From a bacterium (GTDB lineage: Bacteria; Hinthialibacterota; Hinthialibacteria; Hinthialibacterales; Hinthialibacteraceae): a stretch of DNA of 64,000 bases. Made by a program: the position numbers and the translations under genes. Of the stretch, positions 59,320 to 64,000 are shown piece by piece (positions within the stretch are counted from its first letter, which is position 1; each line of letters begins with the position of its first letter). The stretch spans positions 1 to 64,000 of the forward strand of contig CAXXSM010000073.1 in assembly GCA_963663405.2 (NCBI GenBank). Direction: 5' to 3'. The notes under the pieces are model-generated. The model was not told the DNA's origin. It searched no databases and worked only from the letters and a program-made list of their open reading frames with translations.

Positions 59320-61405
59320 CACCGATTTTCGCGAGGTGCGGAACCGTCATAATTAGACCAAGATTTGGGCGGGTATGAGGCGGGATCAAGGCGTATATCG
59401 TATCCGCATGCGCCTTCCTTCCAGCCAGGGAATTTCAAACGGTTTCTGCAGTTTCTTGATTCCAAGCAAGAGAGGCGTATGAGCCCGCTTGCGGATGCGC
59501 ACCTCAAAATTTTGCCCGTCGAAACGGACTTTTCCTGGCATATCGATAAAATTTCGAAAAATATCCGGCGCCAAATGGTTCTCAAACCGGGGCAAATCCT
59601 GCGCCAATCGCCGATAGAAAAAACTGGCCACCACACTCAACAAGAGATCGAAATAGATCCGGATCATGATCGGTGAAGAGAGCGCATTGATGTGAAAAAA
59701 ATCTACTAACTCGGCCAGTTTATTCTCGATCCGCCACCGGCGCGCATAGATGGCGAGTACCTCAACCAGATCCAAATCCCGGTTGTTGGTGATGACATAG
59801 GTGGGTTGATCCCGCCCATGATCTTTCATAATGATCTGCCGGAATGGCTTCGGGCAGGGTTTCAACGTGACCTCGCTTTCGTGAGCCAGGAAAGTCTGGT
59901 GTTTCCGCTTGGGGATGGGGAGTTTGACTTTCATCCAACTTGAATCCGGCAAGGCTTCCGTCTGCTGGATCAGGCTTTGACAGCGGGATCGCAACGTAAT
60001 GAATTTGATATTGGCCTGGTCCAATTGGCCTAAAATGTTGTACGTGGTTAAGCGGGAATCGAACACCAGGGTCTCGCGGACCACGCCTCGAATATCTTTC
60101 AAATACTCCACAAAATTCAGAATTTCTTCCGAGCCGTTTTTCCGTAGTACATCCGCGTTTGCATACAAAAGGGCATTGGTTTCCGCGTCTTGGACGAAAA
60201 ACGTGTTCGCGCCTTTCAGCGCCTTGTTGCGCGCCCCACACCAGACCTTCTCCATCTCGGATTTCTCGCCGAAATGAGGAATGGAATGAAAGTCCAGATT
60301 GATCGTTTCCCCCGAAAAAAACGATGGGTCCCACGCCGTCATGCGGGTTACCATTTCTTGCTGGAGTTGACGGCACAGGCCGGCGGAAACGAGGCAGGAG
60401 TACGTTCCCATGTACGTCGGTTTGGGCAACCGGTTGAGACCGGCGAACACGCCGAATCCCGCGTCATGATCGTACTGCCGCACGTGACAGAAGCGTTCGC
60501 CTCCCATCAGTTTCAGGGCGAGAAAACTTAAAAACGCTTGTTTTTTACCAATGACTTTGGATTCGGGGATGGGAAGCGAATCGAGCGTCTCCATGAGGCC
60601 CGATTCAATAATGTAAGGGAGGAACACGAAAAGTCCCGCAATTTGACAATCTTCATGAAAGGGTTCGAGATCCTCAAAATCCAGATTCTGAGCGGGTTGC
60701 GCCAGAAGTGTATTTTTTTTCGTCCGGCCTCGCTGAGCGGCTGTCCGGCGGGGCAGTTTGCCGAAGCCGGCGTCTTTCAAGATTCGTTCCACCGTGCTGG
60801 GGCTGATATCAATATTCTCCTCACGGAGCCGTTCGGTAATATCCGCCGCGGCCAACTGATTTTTTCTCCATTCCACAATCCGCTCGCGAATGTAGGGTGT
60901 CACGCGGCGGTCTTTTGGTCCGGGTGAGCGTTGGGGGAAAAATTCTAGCGTTCCGGCGCGGAAATCGTGAGCCAAGGCATAGAGCGAATTTTCGGTGAAC
61001 CCGAAGCGTTGGGCCACGTCGGCGGCCGGCGTTTCGTCAAGGATGTAGGCGCGCAGGGCTTCGTACTGCCGGTGTTTGGGGGATTTCGGAGCCAGGAAGA
61101 AGGATTTCAAGTCGTCGCGCATGATATTATGCCTAGTATAATTATGAAGGTTATAATACCGCGAAATAGGAAGTAAATGCAAGGGGGTTAAGAAAAAAAA
61201 CGTAGAAAAGTACGAAAATTCGAAGATTTTTGACCTGAGATGAAGAGAAATCGGGGAAAATGGAAGAAAGTACGTTCAGATCGTGGAAAATATATCCGTC
61301 ATATAAGTACAAAGATTAATACGCATTACGCCTTAAAAAAGCAGTAAAATCCGCGAAAAAACTATAGTTCAATTATGACGGTTGAGGTTCTCGCGAAAAT
61401 CGGTG
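59320..61405 (-). mobile_element. Insertion sequence with DDE transposase, about 35-bp imperfect TIRs and 5-bp TSD
   Basis: CACCGATTTTCGCGAG...AACCGTCATAATT at both ends; TTGAT at 59315-59319 and 61406-61410. Confidence 0.92.
59386..61122 (-). CDS. DDE transposase with N-terminal HTHs (IS4/IS1380/IS1634-like fold, family not assigned)
   Basis: INLDFH, LVFDSR, Y..RWRIEN (YxxRxxIE) motifs; uninterrupted ORF. Confidence 0.88.
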   Translation of the reverse strand: MRDDLKSFFLAPKSPKHRQYEALRAYILDETPAADVAQRFGFTENSLYALAHDFRAGTLEFFPQRSPGPKDRRVTPYIRERIVEWRKNQLAAADITERLREENIDISPSTVERILKDAGFGKLPRRTAAQRGRTKKNTLLAQPAQNLDFEDLEPFHEDCQIAGLFVFLPYIIESGLMETLDSLPIPESKVIGKKQAFLSFLALKLMGGERFCHVRQYDHDAGFGVFAGLNRLPKPTYMGTYSCLVSAGLCRQLQQEMVTRMTAWDPSFFSGETINLDFHSIPHFGEKSEMEKVWCGARNKALKGANTFFVQDAETNALLYANADVLRKNGSEEILNFVEYLKDIRGVVRETLVFDSRLTTYNILGQLDQANIKFITLRSRCQSLIQQTEALPDSSWMKVKLPIPKRKHQTFLAHESEVTLKPCPKPFRQIIMKDHGRDQPTYVITNNRDLDLVEVLAIYARRWRIENKLAELVDFFHINALSSPIMIRIYFDLLLSVVASFFYRRLAQDLPRFENHLAPDIFRNFIDMPGKVRFDGQNFEVRIRKRAHTPLLLGIKKLQKPFEIPWLEGRRMRIRYTP

Positions 61406-61654
61406 TTGATCTAGAAATGTTCTCCTTTTATTTCTCCGGTTCATAATAAAAAAAATATTTTTTTGTTGACGTAATGAAATTATGTGCTAATAATATAAAA
61501 TATATCAGATGATTAAATATTTACCTTTCTAGGTAAAGTTTTTAGAAAAAAGTTTACCGGGAAAAGTAAAGTTCAATCCGGAATGAGTTTTGAGGATCGA
61601 ACCTTCCAATAATATCAGACATGCATCTTGATTCGTTGTGTAAAGGAGTCTGCT

Positions 61655-62938
61655 ATGAGAACCGTGAACACATCTTTGAAATCCACTACGAAATGTTCTC
61701 CGTATCGTTGGGCTTGCCGCCGGGAAACGAATTTGGAACAAGGATCGATTTTAGTCTTAACGGCAATGAGCATTGTATTCATTATGATATCCGCCGCGCT
61801 ATGTCTTGACATTGGATACATTATTTTAGCCGAAGGGCAACTGCAAAACGCCGCGGAAGCCGCCTCACTCGCCGGCGCCGCCGAATTGATTGATGAAGGT
61901 ATCTTATATGGTGATGTGTCCTTTGAGGATGATATCACGTTCGCGCGCAATAACGCCGAATCTATCGCTTTCCAGAACAAAGCGGCCAATAGATCATTGG
62001 CCTTACACCGCAATGATGAGAATCTTCCGGATGGAGGGATCGTTGTCGGCTATATTGAAGATCCAAGCGATCCAACGAGTCCATTACTCACAGACAATCC
62101 GGCCTATTACAATTCCGTCCAAGTTGAAACAAGTCTAACCCATGATGTGAATGGACCGTTGGGATTGTTTTTCAGCGCGTTCGCGGGAACTGGAACCGTC
62201 CAGATCTCCAAACGGGCGACAGCCACGATTGATGACCGGATTATCGGATTCGCCTTATCCGATGGGCCGTATGGTGAAGAGAGTCTCATGATGCTTCCTT
62301 TCACGATTCTCTACGACACTTGGGTTGAAGGTATGGATGGAGATGATCATCCCCTCGATTGCCCGTGTCCTCATGAACCGGATGTGGATGATTACACCTA
62401 CGATCCAGTAACAGGCGCTGTCTCCCCAGGCAGTGACGGCATTCCGGAAATGAAATTATACCCCAACAAAGACGGCGTCTGCGGCCAGGAAGATTTACCC
62501 GGTAATTTCGGGACCATAGATATCGGCCCCTCAAACAATAGTACGGATGATATACGGCGGCAGATAATTTACGGGATATCGCAGGCGGATTTGGACGCGA
62601 TCGGTGGCTTGCTCATGACGGATGAAGGTGGAGGGAATTTCTCGCAATGGTTGGAGGGTGACACAGGCGTCAGCACCACAGTGCGATTTGAATTGGATGA
62701 TATCATTGGACAACCACGTTTGATTGCGTTGTACCGTACTGCAATCAATAATGGAGACAACGCGGAATATAAGATTGTAAAATTTGCCGGCGTGCGGGTT
62801 ATGGATGTAAACATGACAGGCGCGTTACAAAACCGGAACGTTGTCGTTCAACCTTGTACGATTACATGTAACAGTGGAATTATCCATCCAGACGCGCCTC
62901 ATTCTGGACTCGTTTACGCAATGGCCCTAACGCGATAA
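61655..62938 (+). CDS. TadG-like Flp/Tad pilus assembly protein
   Basis: EQGSILVL...LCLDIG...LQNAAEAASLAGA; PGNFG; AAGGAG RBS. Confidence 0.82.
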   Translation: MRTVNTSLKSTTKCSPYRWACRRETNLEQGSILVLTAMSIVFIMISAALCLDIGYIILAEGQLQNAAEAASLAGAAELIDEGILYGDVSFEDDITFARNNAESIAFQNKAANRSLALHRNDENLPDGGIVVGYIEDPSDPTSPLLTDNPAYYNSVQVETSLTHDVNGPLGLFFSAFAGTGTVQISKRATATIDDRIIGFALSDGPYGEESLMMLPFTILYDTWVEGMDGDDHPLDCPCPHEPDVDDYTYDPVTGAVSPGSDGIPEMKLYPNKDGVCGQEDLPGNFGTIDIGPSNNSTDDIRRQIIYGISQADLDAIGGLLMTDEGGGNFSQWLEGDTGVSTTVRFELDDIIGQPRLIALYRTAINNGDNAEYKIVKFAGVRVMDVNMTGALQNRNVVVQPCTITCNSGIIHPDAPHSGLVYAMALTR

Positions 62939-63005
62939 TAAATACAGGCGTTCTTACAATGGAACGCGGGCGTCTCCACCCGTGAAAAACACTATCGTGA
63001 ATACT

Positions 63006-64000
63006 TTAATAATCCACCCGGCGCGCTTTTGCTAATCGTGCTCCCATCCCACTTCCTGTAAACAGCACAGGCTCAATTCCTTGTTTCTTCGCGTTATCCA
63101 TTGTGATCTGTTTCGCGGTTTTCACACCTTTTGGGCCGGCGCACAATACACAGACCGTTCCCCCACTGCCTCCTCCGGTGATCTTCGCCCCATATACACC
63201 CCGCTCCGGCCCCGCCGCTCTTACAGCCTCCACGATTTCATCCGTCACGGCGTTCCCCAAGCCACAGTTTGAGTAACTGGCGTGCGATTGATACATCAAT
63301 TCACCGAGTGTAAACAGATAGTCCCTCCGTTCTTTGGGCGTCATCGTTTCTGGCTTAAACAAGGAAAGCAGGTTCGCGAAGGCGTTTACTCTATGGTTTT
63401 CATATACTGGATGCGCCGCGCAGTTCTGAATCGCATACTCTTGATTCTGTTGAATTGTTGTGACCGAATCAATCGTTGTTCCATATTGTTTTAAGAACTC
63501 CCGTCCACTCATAACTTCCGGTAGTAGAATCCGGTATTTGGTTTCAAAAAGAGAGGGCGGAATATTGGCGAGGTAACCGGCGTATGGTAATCCGAAAGTG
63601 TCTCCACTGCGTTTCGCTGTTTGGAGAGATTTCATTGTGGCTCCTTCGCTTCGGGCGATGATGGTGTAACCCATAAACGCGGCCGCCCGCACATCTCCAT
63701 ACGACGCGCCACTCACCGCATGTCGAACTCCGCTGTCAATTCCCACAAAAGAGATGGTGTTTGGGATGGTCAGAGACGGCCGTACGAGATCCGGCTGACA
63801 GAGAATCGGCAACAAACGGTCTTTCTCTCCCAAGTAAGAAGCCAGCTGATCCATTAAACCACAGGGCGCTCCGGCGATCTGGTTCTCAACAGTCTGCGCC
63901 AGAATCGGTAATTCGGTTTTCCCCAGTTTCAACTTGCAGACATGGGCCAAAACTGTCATCACGGCTACTTCAATCGCCGCCGAAGACGAAACGCCTTTCC
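63006..64000 (-). CDS. GHMP sugar kinase, L-arabinokinase/galactokinase-like (5' end outside the window)
   Basis: KGVSSSAA upstream of the listed ORF; GAPCGLMDQ; GIDSGVRH; GAKITGGGSGG. Confidence 0.88.
   Translation of the reverse strand, partial: KGVSSSAAIEVAVMTVLAHVCKLKLGKTELPILAQTVENQIAGAPCGLMDQLASYLGEKDRLLPILCQPDLVRPSLTIPNTISFVGIDSGVRHAVSGASYGDVRAAAFMGYTIIARSEGATMKSLQTAKRSGDTFGLPYAGYLANIPPSLFETKYRILLPEVMSGREFLKQYGTTIDSVTTIQQNQEYAIQNCAAHPVYENHRVNAFANLLSLFKPETMTPKERRDYLFTLGELMYQSHASYSNCGLGNAVTDEIVEAVRAAGPERGVYGAKITGGGSGGTVCVLCAGPKGVKTAKQITMDNAKKQGIEPVLFTGSGMGARLAKARRVDY

Noticed and set aside
62961-62984. Short REP-like motif ACGCGGGCGTCTCCACCCG, with a similar copy at about 25920-25938
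   Set aside because: Only two short degenerate copies, too little to call a repeat family from this window

Overview
Bacterial chromosomal window with mostly carbohydrate-utilisation, envelope and housekeeping genes. The gene style (several prepilin-type paralogs, URO-D-fold proteins, CBM9-like secreted protein) resembles OLB16/Ca. Hinthialibacterota-like or PVC-associated lineages, which is an inference. Core genes: alaS, fumC, an RlmD-type methyltransferase. Four type IV pilin-like paralogs share one motif scaffold; three sit next to a double CBM9-like protein and a Tat sulfatase. An ECF sigma/anti-sigma pair is split by a 502-bp non-coding element with terminal inverted repeats, an 8-bp target duplication and a DnaA-box-like hairpin cluster, and a related element truncates a VapC toxin. 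An AT-rich ABC-ATPase + TOPRIM-like pair is a candidate defence system. A TA/Abi hotspot is present, and in four TA loci the toxin is broken while the antitoxin ORF persists. A divergent cluster joins two B12-dependent radical SAMs and a SPASM-type radical SAM to GT2/GT4/GT2+DUF2304 and a TMTC-like GT-C. Also present: a GH2 whose nucleophile appears to be Glu->Lys, a frameshifted IS3 and an intact-looking DDE IS with a 5-bp TSD. No rRNA, tRNA or CRISPR array was recognised. All calls come from reading motifs, not from database searches.
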